The notes beneath the pieces were generated by a model. It did no database searches and had not been told where the DNA came from. It worked only from the letters and a program-made list of their open reading frames with translations. From positions 88,920 to 152,919 of the forward strand of contig JBNGBT010000006.1 in NCBI GenBank assembly GCA_049903315.1: a stretch of DNA of 64,000 nt, given 5' to 3'. This document shows positions 18,770 through 27,964 of this stretch, piece by piece (position 1 is the stretch's first letter; the number at the start of each line of letters is the position of its first letter). Both the position numbers and the translations under genes were made by a program. Source of the DNA: Candidatus Cloacimonadota bacterium. GTDB taxonomy: Bacteria; Cloacimonadota; Cloacimonadia; JGIOTU-2.

Positions 18770-19444
18770 TTATTTAGAATGATTTCCTATCATACAGATA
18801 AGTGTTTTTATGATCCAGATAATTTCAACAATCCCGAAACCATATATTACCCAGAGGGGTTTGTTAATAAAGAGTAACGGCACTGCATATAAATGATAGC
18901 GAGAAATTTCAAAATATACATTTGCGATAAATGTATTGTGTTGCTCTAATATTTTTTTTGTAGGATATTTCTTTTTTGCTCCAGTTATAAGACGGTGTGA
19001 CGAGTATACAAACAACAAGAAAACAACGACACATATCCAGAAACCTTGAGGGTAAACTCTGTATGTTATTGATGCTATTAAAAGTAATGTACTTATTTTA
19101 CCAACAACCTCATCCCACCATTTCCCCTTTTTTGACGTCATTGATTTTCTTCGTGCAAGTGTGCCATCAACGACGTCCCACATAAGTCGTAGATTATAAA
19201 ATATAGCTCCAACAAATAAACCCCAGTAACTTTTTATAAATATAATCGATAACGCCATTAAAATTCCAAAAAACAAGGATATCGTCGTTGCAGCGTTTGG
19301 AGTAAGTGATGTGTTTTCAAAGAATGCTACGATTAAATTTGCTCCGGGTATAACAAAGAGTTTAGAATAAATGGCTCGTTGGGCACTTGTTTTTTTACTA
19401 AAATCTCTTATATTTTTATATTTAACCAATAAGCTTTTTTTCAT
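18770..19444 (-). CDS. CDP-alcohol phosphatidyltransferase family membrane enzyme
   Basis: DVVDGTLARRKSMTSKKGKWWDEVVG matches D-G-x2-A-R-x8-G-x3-D of the family (last Asp not conserved). About 6 TM helices. Confidence 0.6.
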   Translation of the reverse strand: MKKSLLVKYKNIRDFSKKTSAQRAIYSKLFVIPGANLIVAFFENTSLTPNAATTISLFFGILMALSIIFIKSYWGLFVGAIFYNLRLMWDVVDGTLARRKSMTSKKGKWWDEVVGKISTLLLIASITYRVYPQGFWICVVVFLLFVYSSHRLITGAKKKYPTKKILEQHNTFIANVYFEISRYHLYAVPLLFINKPLWVIYGFGIVEIIWIIKTLICMIGNHSK

Positions 19445-19451
19445 ATTTTCC

Positions 19452-20456
19452 TTAATTCTTCAAAAACTTGTGTGCGATCTGATTTTTTTTCTTATTCCAC
19501 ATACGAATTTTCTTTTCTTTCAAGCTTTTGGATTGAGTTTTATAATATTCTAAATTTTTAATCATACTATTAATACCCGACGTAATAGATTTAGGATTAT
19601 TCGATACGTAAATTGCTTTGTCTTTATAATAATCCTTTAAAGTTCTTTTGTCAGATGTTATAAGTGGTTTGCAGAATGCCAGAGCTTCATAACCTCCCGA
19701 AAGAAGAGTGTAGTCTCGAATTGTGAGAACTACTATGAAGTCCACAGAAGAAAGTAAATAAATATAATCAGCATCACTAAGAAATCCAGTCAAAATTATA
19801 TTATTTTTTAATAATTCTTCTTTTTGGAGTTGTTTTTTTTTATAATTCCCCGTTATATAAAATGTTACATCTTTGATATTTTGAGTCGCTTCAATGAATT
19901 CATTAAAAGGTTCATCCTCTGAAAACCTACAAATAAAAACCGAAGAAAAGCGTTTCTTTTTATGAAGATTTAAGACAGTAGATTGTTTTAAATAAGGAGT
20001 ATGAAATGTGGGGATTGGATCTTCGAGAACAAATAAATTTGATTTCAGCCCAGGCATGAAATTAATAAGAAGGTCAGAGGAATTCTTATTATGCACTAAA
20101 ACAATATCAGCTTGTGTCCAGAGAAATCGGTTTAATATATTATATGGAAAACGATTATAGTCCATATATGCTGCAGTGTGAAGATCTGCTACTAATGTGC
20201 AGGGGAAAAATAACTTGTAGAAATATCCCACAAGTGTAATCATAGGGTGCGCATGAAAAGTGAAAACAATATCCGGTTTAACTTTTATTAGTTTATTAAA
20301 TGTGAGAATCGAGTTCCTTAGCAATCTGAGTGAAGTGAGGAGTGAATTTGCTTCAACTCTATCAAGGCGATAATATTCTGCATCGAATTCCCTTGAAAGC
20401 TGCTCACTTCTTCGGGATATCCTTGTCCACGCAATAAATATTCTTTTTGAACTCAT
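19452..20456 (-). CDS. GT-B fold glycosyltransferase (GT4/GT1-like)
   Basis: 334 aa. The C-terminal half (NIILTGFLSDADYIYLLSSVDFIVV...LSGGYEALAFCKPLITSD) resembles the Glycos_transf_1 nucleotide-sugar binding region. Confidence 0.55.
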   Translation of the reverse strand: MSSKRIFIAWTRISRRSEQLSREFDAEYYRLDRVEANSLLTSLRLLRNSILTFNKLIKVKPDIVFTFHAHPMITLVGYFYKLFFPCTLVADLHTAAYMDYNRFPYNILNRFLWTQADIVLVHNKNSSDLLINFMPGLKSNLFVLEDPIPTFHTPYLKQSTVLNLHKKKRFSSVFICRFSEDEPFNEFIEATQNIKDVTFYITGNYKKKQLQKEELLKNNIILTGFLSDADYIYLLSSVDFIVVLTIRDYTLLSGGYEALAFCKPLITSDKRTLKDYYKDKAIYVSNNPKSITSGINSMIKNLEYYKTQSKSLKEKKIRMWNKKKNQIAHKFLKN

Positions 20457-20490
20457 GACATATTATATGTTTTCTGCTACGGATTTCGCA

Positions 20491-21534
20491 TTATTTTTGT
20501 GAATCGAGATGATCGTAATTGGTTCTGATTGGTTTCATCGAATACATCTGATTTGCATTGAACCATTTATAATGTTCGCGAACTGCATCAATACATTGAA
20601 TTTCAGTATAGAGGGGAGTGTAGTTAAAATGCATCATCTCATTCCTGAAATAATATTCTAAGAGCTGTATCTCGTATTCCGGCAAATTTTTATATATTCC
20701 AACCCTTTCATTACTCACAGAACTGTACTGAATATTAGAAAGGCTGTTTCCTTTCCAGGTAATTTTACAAAAACTTGGTTCAGGATACAGTTTTTCGTAG
20801 TCTATCTCAAGAAAATGGCAAGCATGCTTTAGCACCTTTGATGGATTGCTCACCATATCTTCATATCGGATAACAAGATATTTCTTATTGCCGAATATTT
20901 TTAGATTATCAATTGCCATCTTCTGAGAAATAAAATTTCTGTCGATAACACTTCTCAGTAGACGATCCATGGAGTCGTATTGAGTATGATAGTGTTTATC
21001 CCAACCTTTTTTAATAACTGCCCAATTATCTCTGGGATCTCGTATTACATGGATATATTTTGCCTTTGGGTACATTTTAAAAATTTTATTAACAAATATT
21101 TCGGATCCCGTACACTTTTCTATCCACATTTTATGTCTGCTATAGTTTGGATCAGGCAATATTTCTCTGGCACTGTAAATTATAGATTCCAGGAAATCCT
21201 TAACAGTCGCGTTTGTGGAATCTATCATGCGCGAAAAGATCGTATTAAGTTCACTGTAGGAATATTTCAGATCTTTCTCGTCCAACTTCATCCATTTTTT
21301 TATTGTTTGTTTTAAACTGAGAAAAACATAATCAACAACTCTTTGTTTCTGCTCTTCATAAGAAATGTCATCTTGAAAATATACCGGATAGAAGGCATAC
21401 CAGAAATGAGTTTCATAAGGGTAAACAAACAGATCTGGATGCCCATCTAATAAAGCTATCAGAAGAGTTGTGCCATTTTTTCTGTGCCCTCCAACAAAAA
21501 TACCATTCTCTCTAATTTTTCCCCATGTCGTCAT
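20491..21534 (-). CDS. Sulfotransferase family protein (PAPS-dependent)
   Basis: GGHRKNGTTLL (5'-PSB loop-like) and IHVIRDPRDNWAV (3'-PB motif-like). Confidence 0.7.
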   Translation of the reverse strand: MTTWGKIRENGIFVGGHRKNGTTLLIALLDGHPDLFVYPYETHFWYAFYPVYFQDDISYEEQKQRVVDYVFLSLKQTIKKWMKLDEKDLKYSYSELNTIFSRMIDSTNATVKDFLESIIYSAREILPDPNYSRHKMWIEKCTGSEIFVNKIFKMYPKAKYIHVIRDPRDNWAVIKKGWDKHYHTQYDSMDRLLRSVIDRNFISQKMAIDNLKIFGNKKYLVIRYEDMVSNPSKVLKHACHFLEIDYEKLYPEPSFCKITWKGNSLSNIQYSSVSNERVGIYKNLPEYEIQLLEYYFRNEMMHFNYTPLYTEIQCIDAVREHYKWFNANQMYSMKPIRTNYDHLDSQK

Positions 21535-23387
21535 ACTAAATCCTTTAACGCGTATACAAGTTCTTTGTTTTCGTCGGGTTTTCTTATTGAAATTCGCACA
21601 AAAGAATCATTAAGGGAGGTTTTGTTGGAGCAGTCTTTGATAAGAATATTGTACTTCGTATACAGTTTTATTTTCAATTCTCTACTTGTAATATGAGGGG
21701 GTAATTTACAGAATAGATAATTTGCTTTTCCATCAATGACCTTTATATCTGGTACTTCCTTTAGTAACTCGATGAGTTGTTCACGATCACTTATGATCTG
21801 AGCTACTGAACGATTATACAATTTTTGATAACGTGGGAACAACTCCAAGAACCGTTCAGCTAATGAATTGATGTTCCATATAGGAAGTTCTTTTCTGATT
21901 TTCTTTTTTATAACTTCATTAGTTGTTAACACATATCCAAGCCGAAGACCTGGAATCCCAAACTCTTTACTCAAGCTTCTTATCACAATAAGGTTAGGAT
22001 ATTGGTTTACGATTGCTTGCACGGAAGTGGCTTCTCTCTCGCCAGTAAAGTCAATAAAAGATTCATCAATAATGATACCATCAAGATGTCTACACTTTTC
22101 TAATATCGCAATGATCTGCTCTTTTTTGGTAACAGTTGATGTGGGATTGTTAGGATTGATTATCAACGCAAAATTGCTTTTCGATTTAATTATAGATTCG
22201 ATAAACTCATCTTCATCAAGAAGAAAATTATTATTTTCAGACAATAGGACGTAATTTATTTTCTTCTTTTCAAGATTTTCATATTCATTGAAACTCGGTA
22301 CCGGGATTGTTATTTTCTGTATGAGATTTTTATTTATAATGTTGATTAACTCAGATGCACCGTTTCCTACAATAAGGTTATCTTTTGAGAATCCGTCTTC
22401 AAAATACCACTGAGATAAGAGACTTGCAATTTTGTGCTGGGCTGAGGGATAGTTATTGATGAGTATTGGCAATTCATATGATAACTTAGTATAGAAGTCC
22501 TGAGGAGGGAAATAGAGATTGAAAAGGTAGCAAAAATCCTTGCAATCATACCGCCAGTGTCCTCCGTAGAGCCCATAAAGCCAATCGACTCTTTCCTCTC
22601 CCTTCGAGAAATGGTATGTTGCCATGTCAAGATCATCTTCTGTATCAACTTCATACCATGTGTCCCTTTCAACTATGTGTCCGTAAATATTTGGTGTTTT
22701 CTGATAAATGAGAGTTCCCAGCACAAGTTCATAATAATCTGTTACTCCGTGAGTTTTGATATACATTTCTAAGTTTGGTTTGAAATATAAAGAAAAAAAC
22801 TCTTTAGTGAAGTAGTATATATTGACCGTTTTATACTTATCGGAAAACTCAAAATGGAAATCCTGTTCGCTGCTTGGTATAAGTCTTTTAATCGTGTTAA
22901 ATTTTGGGTCCATTTCTATAATGGCACCAGACATCATCTTTTTACCTTTTTCATCGATTTCGACCACGGTGCCGGACATGCTTGAATGGTATTTTGAAAG
23001 GTAAGCAATATTTTTATCTCCATTATCAAAAATGAATTGTAAAATGTCATTTTCAAAATATATGTCACCTTCCATCAATATGAAATCATCATCAATTTTA
23101 TCAGTGGCAAGCCAAAGTGATTGGATGTTATTCGTCGTGTTCCATTCAGGATTATCAACATATTCGATCTTAATACCTTCGTATTGTTCACCGAAAGCAT
23201 CAATAATGAGATCTTTTTTATATCCAACAACAATGATAATTTTATTAATTTCTTCGTGGGCAATGAGTGCATTGATTGAGTTTTCAAGAAACGAAGTTCC
23301 ACATACTTTGACGAGAGATTTTGGCACTTCATCTGTAAGAGGCCTTAAACGACTTCCTCTTCCTGCTGCGAGTATAACTGCTTGCAT
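21531..23387 (-). CDS. Bifunctional LicC/PntC-like nucleotidyltransferase + class I/II (HisC/CobD-like) PLP enzyme
   Basis: N-terminal MQAVILAAGRGSRLRPLTDEVPKSLV and NPEWNTTNNIQSL. C-terminal GNGASELI, INPNNPTS and SLSKEFGIPGLRLGY (PLP lysine). Single uninterrupted 618-aa frame. Confidence 0.75.
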   Translation of the reverse strand: MQAVILAAGRGSRLRPLTDEVPKSLVKVCGTSFLENSINALIAHEEINKIIIVVGYKKDLIIDAFGEQYEGIKIEYVDNPEWNTTNNIQSLWLATDKIDDDFILMEGDIYFENDILQFIFDNGDKNIAYLSKYHSSMSGTVVEIDEKGKKMMSGAIIEMDPKFNTIKRLIPSSEQDFHFEFSDKYKTVNIYYFTKEFFSLYFKPNLEMYIKTHGVTDYYELVLGTLIYQKTPNIYGHIVERDTWYEVDTEDDLDMATYHFSKGEERVDWLYGLYGGHWRYDCKDFCYLFNLYFPPQDFYTKLSYELPILINNYPSAQHKIASLLSQWYFEDGFSKDNLIVGNGASELINIINKNLIQKITIPVPSFNEYENLEKKKINYVLLSENNNFLLDEDEFIESIIKSKSNFALIINPNNPTSTVTKKEQIIAILEKCRHLDGIIIDESFIDFTGEREATSVQAIVNQYPNLIVIRSLSKEFGIPGLRLGYVLTTNEVIKKKIRKELPIWNINSLAERFLELFPRYQKLYNRSVAQIISDREQLIELLKEVPDIKVIDGKANYLFCKLPPHITSRELKIKLYTKYNILIKDCSNKTSLNDSFVRISIRKPDENKELVYALKDLV

Positions 23388-23530
23388 TATTCTGTTATCT
23401 CCTTTGAGTTGAATGTAAACTTAATGGCTGGTTTTTCATCGTTTTCAATGACTGAGGAATGCAGTTTTAACCTTACTGTGAGTTGACAATAGCCGATCAT
23501 GTTTAGTACTTTCTTCATGCAAAATGAAAT

Positions 23531-24022
23531 TTATTTATTTGTGGTAATCACTGTTTTCATGAATTCATCTAATCCAATATCGGGAACATTTTCTGCTATA
23601 AGAGAGAGTACGATGAGTATCTTATCAATACCTCGAGGGATGAATAATGTTTTTGATTTGCCATCCTGCTCATAGGTAAGAATAATTGATTTGCCTGCCT
23701 TTATATTAAATTCAATTTTTTTTATTTGCACAAATTGTATCTCAACATCCTTGAGGAGGAGCGGTTTAAAAATTACTGATGAATCTGTGAATCGGATAGA
23801 GTTGATAGTAAAGAGGTTCTTGTAAAACACATTCACCACAAGGAGGAGCACCACAAAAGGAACTGCTTTTTTATACCATTTATCAAGTGTGGAAAATTCC
23901 TGTGTGATGAAATATATTGCCCATACAAGCGCGAGGAGTGCGACGATCAATGAGAGCCATCGCAAGAAAGGAGGAAAACGGAAGACGAGGTTTTTATTTT
24001 TCATAATTTTGTTCTTTTCCAA
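23531..24022 (-). CDS. Small membrane protein, two TM helices plus bacterial PH-like domain (hypothetical)
   Basis: 163 aa. Two N-terminal hydrophobic helices followed by a beta-rich ~90-aa domain. No firm family. Confidence 0.4.
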   Translation of the reverse strand: MEKNKIMKNKNLVFRFPPFLRWLSLIVALLALVWAIYFITQEFSTLDKWYKKAVPFVVLLLVVNVFYKNLFTINSIRFTDSSVIFKPLLLKDVEIQFVQIKKIEFNIKAGKSIILTYEQDGKSKTLFIPRGIDKILIVLSLIAENVPDIGLDEFMKTVITTNK

Positions 24023-25061
24023 TTATTTCCACGATTTTTTTGACGTCCTGAGACTTTTTTTTCTTGCATACAAGCAAAGCATCTTTCGTCTCAACGACAA
24101 TCAAATTATCCACATCGATGAGTGCAACTCTCTTCCGTGGATTGTCCGAATAAACATAGGAATTATGAGATTCTACGTTCATAACAGGCACATCAAAGCA
24201 ATTACCATCTTTATCTTTCTCTTTCATCTCATCAAGTGTTTCCCAACTTCCGATGTCGTTCCAGTCAATGTTGATGGGAACAACTACAGCGTTGTCTGCT
24301 TTTTCCATAATGCCGATATCAACAGGAACCGATTTCAGCTCAGAATAGAGTTTGCTAACTTTCCCCATATCAGAATCCCATGAATTTTTTATTTTATTCA
24401 ATGATGAAAAGAGTGACGGCATATACGCTTTAGTCGCATCAATGATCGAGTCTATCCGCCACAAGAACATGCCGCTGTTCCATGCAAAGGTGCCCGATTT
24501 TACGAATTGTTCAGCTGTTTCTGCATCAGGTTTTTCTTTGAACTGCTTCACTGTAAAAATTGGAATAGGATCTTTTTTAATTTCATTTCCAAATTCAATA
24601 TATCCGTATCCGGTAGCAGGATATGTCGGTTGAATTCCAAAGGTGAGAAGTTTTTTGTGTTCTTTTACAAATTCATCAGCCTGGGCAATTATTTTTCTGA
24701 AACGTTCCGGTTTGCCAATGTAATGATCTGCAGGCAGTACAAGCATAGTTTCATCTTTTTCGTACTTATCTTGTAAGAGTACAGCAGAAAGTCCGATGCA
24801 TGCAGCAGTATTTCTGCCCATGGGCTCAGCAATGATATTTTCTTCCGGCAGTTCAGGAAGATGTTCCATTACCAATCCGATCTGGCTCTCATTTGTCACT
24901 ATATAAATATCCCGATATTCGGCAAGCGGAAGAACTCGGTCGACTGTTTGCTGTATCATTGAGCGTTTGCCGAGAATGTGCAAAAACTGTTTCGGTGTTT
25001 CCTTTGTGCTGAGAGGCCAGAACCGGGTGCCGATCCCGCCAGCCATTATTACAATTATCAT
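23994..25061 (-). CDS. manC: Mannose-1-phosphate guanylyltransferase (no isomerase domain)
   Basis: IIVIMAGGIGTRFWPLSTKETPKQFL plus a GMP-type core. 355 aa. Confidence 0.85.
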   Translation of the reverse strand: MIIVIMAGGIGTRFWPLSTKETPKQFLHILGKRSMIQQTVDRVLPLAEYRDIYIVTNESQIGLVMEHLPELPEENIIAEPMGRNTAACIGLSAVLLQDKYEKDETMLVLPADHYIGKPERFRKIIAQADEFVKEHKKLLTFGIQPTYPATGYGYIEFGNEIKKDPIPIFTVKQFKEKPDAETAEQFVKSGTFAWNSGMFLWRIDSIIDATKAYMPSLFSSLNKIKNSWDSDMGKVSKLYSELKSVPVDIGIMEKADNAVVVPINIDWNDIGSWETLDEMKEKDKDGNCFDVPVMNVESHNSYVYSDNPRKRVALIDVDNLIVVETKDALLVCKKKKSQDVKKIVEIIGKEQNYEK

Positions 25062-25072
25062 AACATTACCTG

Positions 25073-25708
25073 CTATTTTTGCTGTGTTGTTCTCTGGTCG
25101 ATAACGGAAACATTCTCGGGAATTTCCAGCGTAAAAACTCTGTCAGAAAGCTCTTCATTGATAACCTTATTGGTGAATTTAAAGCCGACTTCATTGTCAT
25201 AGTTGTCCATATATTCGATCACTTCGATAAGGGAGTCCTGGTTGGAAAATTGGATCACAAGCTCGGAGAAGTCGCTCATGACCTCGGTTGGTTTAAATGA
25301 AAAAATAGTAACATTTCTGTATACATCTGTTGCCTGCAGTTCACAATAATAAATATATTCTTTGGCGAGCAGTTCCGGATTCATAAAATTTTGCCAGTAA
25401 CTCCAGTCTTGAATGATAAGTTGTTTTTTTTCTGGAAAATAGAATCTCAGATCATATTCCGAACCGAGCATTGTCTGCTGTTCGGGATAGTAAAACTCGA
25501 GCTTAATTTTATCTTCTTTGGTGAAGAGATTGCCATACGTGAAATGCTCGATGTCGCTATCTGGCCAGTAGTTTCTCTGCTCAAAGTTTGCTTTAAAGGT
25601 CGTTATCTCTTCGTTTTTCTTCAGGAATTTATGGAGTAATTTTTCATTTGCAAAAAGGGCATTGCATACAAGGATCATAATAAAGAACAGAGCAAAATAT
25701 TTTTTCAT
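25073..25708 (-). CDS. LolA-like outer-membrane lipoprotein carrier protein
   Basis: Signal peptide and FKANFEQ motif. It sits immediately downstream of ftsK, as lolA does in E. coli. Confidence 0.5.
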   Translation of the reverse strand: MKKYFALFFIMILVCNALFANEKLLHKFLKKNEEITTFKANFEQRNYWPDSDIEHFTYGNLFTKEDKIKLEFYYPEQQTMLGSEYDLRFYFPEKKQLIIQDWSYWQNFMNPELLAKEYIYYCELQATDVYRNVTIFSFKPTEVMSDFSELVIQFSNQDSLIEVIEYMDNYDNEVGFKFTNKVINEELSDRVFTLEIPENVSVIDQRTTQQK

Positions 25709-27964
25709 TTAATATCCTAATCTATCAAGATCGTTTTCGTTGATGAGTACTTTTCTGGGTTTGCTTCCCTCTGCATCCTGGACAAAACCTGCTCGCTGCA
25801 TCTGGTCAATGAGTCTTCCTGCACGCGCATAACCGATCCTGAATTTTCTCTGCATCATAGAAATGGAAGCATATTTTTTCTCGACGGCATAACGAACCGC
25901 CTGCGGGAAAAGATCGTCATCATACGCGAAATCTTCATCATCATCTCTCTCTGTAGGAAGTTTGAGGTCCATGTCCGGTTTCGGAAATTGTGAAAGATAA
26001 TCGACCAGCTTCTTTGCTTCTTCTGTGCCCACGTAGGAGCCATGAACCCGGATCGGAGGTTTTCTGCCAAGTGGGGAGAACAGCATATCACCATTGCCAA
26101 GCAGTTTCTCGGCACCATTCAAATCAAGGATCGTTCTTGAGTCTGTTTTTGATGAAACATGGAAGGAAATTCGGGAGGGGAAGTTTGCTTTTATCACGCC
26201 GTTGATCACATTTACAGATGGTCTCTGCGTCGCAAAGATAAGATAAATACCAACTGCGCGTGCCATACCTGCAAGGCGCTGGATCGGGCGCTCGATGTCC
26301 TTTGCCATCTTCTGCATAAGGTCTGCAAGCTCATCCACGACAATGACGAGATAGGGCAAGGTCTGAGGAAGCTCTTCCTGGTCCGGGAGTTCTTCCGCTT
26401 TCAACTTTTCTTGTTCCTTTTTCTTTGCGATACACATTTCATTGTAACTTGCAAGATCGCGCACATGATATTTTGCCAGCGCATCGTAGCGGCGTTCCAT
26501 CTCATTCACAGCCCAATTAAGAAGATAGACCACATCTTCAAAATCCGTAATGACTTCTTTCACGAGATGGGGGACTTTTTTATAGAGTGAAAGTTCAATT
26601 TTCTTAGGATCAAAAAGGATAAGGCGAACCTGATCCGGATGCGCTCTGTATAGAATTGAGTTCAGAATTGAATTAAGACACACGCTTTTTCCCGAGCCCG
26701 TTTCTCCTGCAATGAGAAGATGTCTGAGATCTTTCAGGTCAGTAACAATGGGCTTGCCGGTAATATCTTTGCCGAGTGCGATCAGCGTTGGAGAAGGATC
26801 ATTTTTCATCTCATCGGAATCGAGTACTTCTTTCAGATATATAAATTCCGACTTATTATTTGGTATCTCAAATCCGATAGTGTCTTTGCCGGGAATGGGA
26901 GCAACAATGCGAATGCTCTTTGCCTTCAGGGCAAGTGCAAGATCGTCTGCAAGAGCAGTATATTTGCTGATCTTTGTGCCCGGTGCGGGACGCAGCTCAT
27001 ATTGCGTGATGACCGGTCCGATGTTGACATTCACCACATCGCCTTCAATATCAAATTCTTTCAGTTTTGACTGAAGGAGCTTGCTTTTTTCATCGATCTC
27101 TTTCCTCTTTTCTTCCAAGGCATGCTTGGTCATAGAAGGAGAGTCCTGAAGTATTTTATGATAATCGGGCAACGGGTATGAGCTATCCTCGTCATCAGGA
27201 ACTTTTGGGGTTTTTGTGATAATCGGTTCGGTTTTCTGTTTTTTATCTTTTTTCTTTTTTTCTTTTTTTACTTTTTGAACGGGGGGTTCAATCACTTCTT
27301 GCTCTTTGTATGAGATTACGGGTTCTGTCTTTCGTTCCTTCCTGGGCTTTGATTCAGGTTTCGGTTTGCGCTCCCTTCGGGAAAAAAGTGATGTGAAGAA
27401 GTTCAAAATTGTTCGCGCTTCGAATATGAAAATAATCGTTCCAAAAAGTGCCAGTCCGAGTATGATGGCAGAACCAACGCTGTTGAAGATAGGGTAGAAT
27501 ATCTTATCAATAATGAAAGTGAAAACAATTCCTCGGCAGATGGGAAATGCTCCTCCTACAGAAAGATAGAACAGGGTCAGCCACACGAAAAAGAGAAAAA
27601 TGAAGAAGAGTTTGCGGGTCAGCTTTTCAATTTTGGAGCCGAAAATAAAAAGGATGCCGGTAATGAAAAGGAATACTGAAAGGAAAAAACTGAATGGTTC
27701 GCTGAAAATGATCTGGAATACCCACGCCAAACCTGCACCGAATGGACCGATCATGTTTCTTGTGTAGGGGAAATCAAGCGAGATGATCTTCCTGAAAGAG
27801 AGCTCCGCCTGTTTGAGGGTTACAATGTCATCGTAGGTGAATGAGAGCAGTGAAAAGAACAGCAAAGCGCCAAGTGCAATGAGTATAAAACCGAGTATCA
27901 GTTTCGATTTTGGTTTCTTTTCTTTATCTTTGTTTTTCATAATTTTTAGTTGTGGCGAATGCAA
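25709..27964 (-). CDS. ftsK: DNA translocase FtsK/SpoIIIE
   Basis: N-terminal TM helices, Lys/Pro-rich linker, IAGETGSGKSV (Walker A), LVIVVDELADL (Walker B) and a gamma domain ISMMQRKFRIGYARAGRLID. An alternative start at M9 (27940) would remove the overlap with ychF. Confidence 0.95.
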   Translation of the reverse strand: MHSPQLKIMKNKDKEKKPKSKLILGFILIALGALLFFSLLSFTYDDIVTLKQAELSFRKIISLDFPYTRNMIGPFGAGLAWVFQIIFSEPFSFFLSVFLFITGILFIFGSKIEKLTRKLFFIFLFFVWLTLFYLSVGGAFPICRGIVFTFIIDKIFYPIFNSVGSAIILGLALFGTIIFIFEARTILNFFTSLFSRRERKPKPESKPRKERKTEPVISYKEQEVIEPPVQKVKKEKKKKDKKQKTEPIITKTPKVPDDEDSSYPLPDYHKILQDSPSMTKHALEEKRKEIDEKSKLLQSKLKEFDIEGDVVNVNIGPVITQYELRPAPGTKISKYTALADDLALALKAKSIRIVAPIPGKDTIGFEIPNNKSEFIYLKEVLDSDEMKNDPSPTLIALGKDITGKPIVTDLKDLRHLLIAGETGSGKSVCLNSILNSILYRAHPDQVRLILFDPKKIELSLYKKVPHLVKEVITDFEDVVYLLNWAVNEMERRYDALAKYHVRDLASYNEMCIAKKKEQEKLKAEELPDQEELPQTLPYLVIVVDELADLMQKMAKDIERPIQRLAGMARAVGIYLIFATQRPSVNVINGVIKANFPSRISFHVSSKTDSRTILDLNGAEKLLGNGDMLFSPLGRKPPIRVHGSYVGTEEAKKLVDYLSQFPKPDMDLKLPTERDDDEDFAYDDDLFPQAVRYAVEKKYASISMMQRKFRIGYARAGRLIDQMQRAGFVQDAEGSKPRKVLINENDLDRLGY

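Noticed and set aside
13760-25061. Interpretation of the glycan operon as a phosphonate (2-AEP) biosynthesis cluster
   Set aside because: No PEP mutase or phosphonopyruvate decarboxylase-like ORF is present in the operon or the window. The idea is therefore kept only as one of two hypotheses, not as a call.
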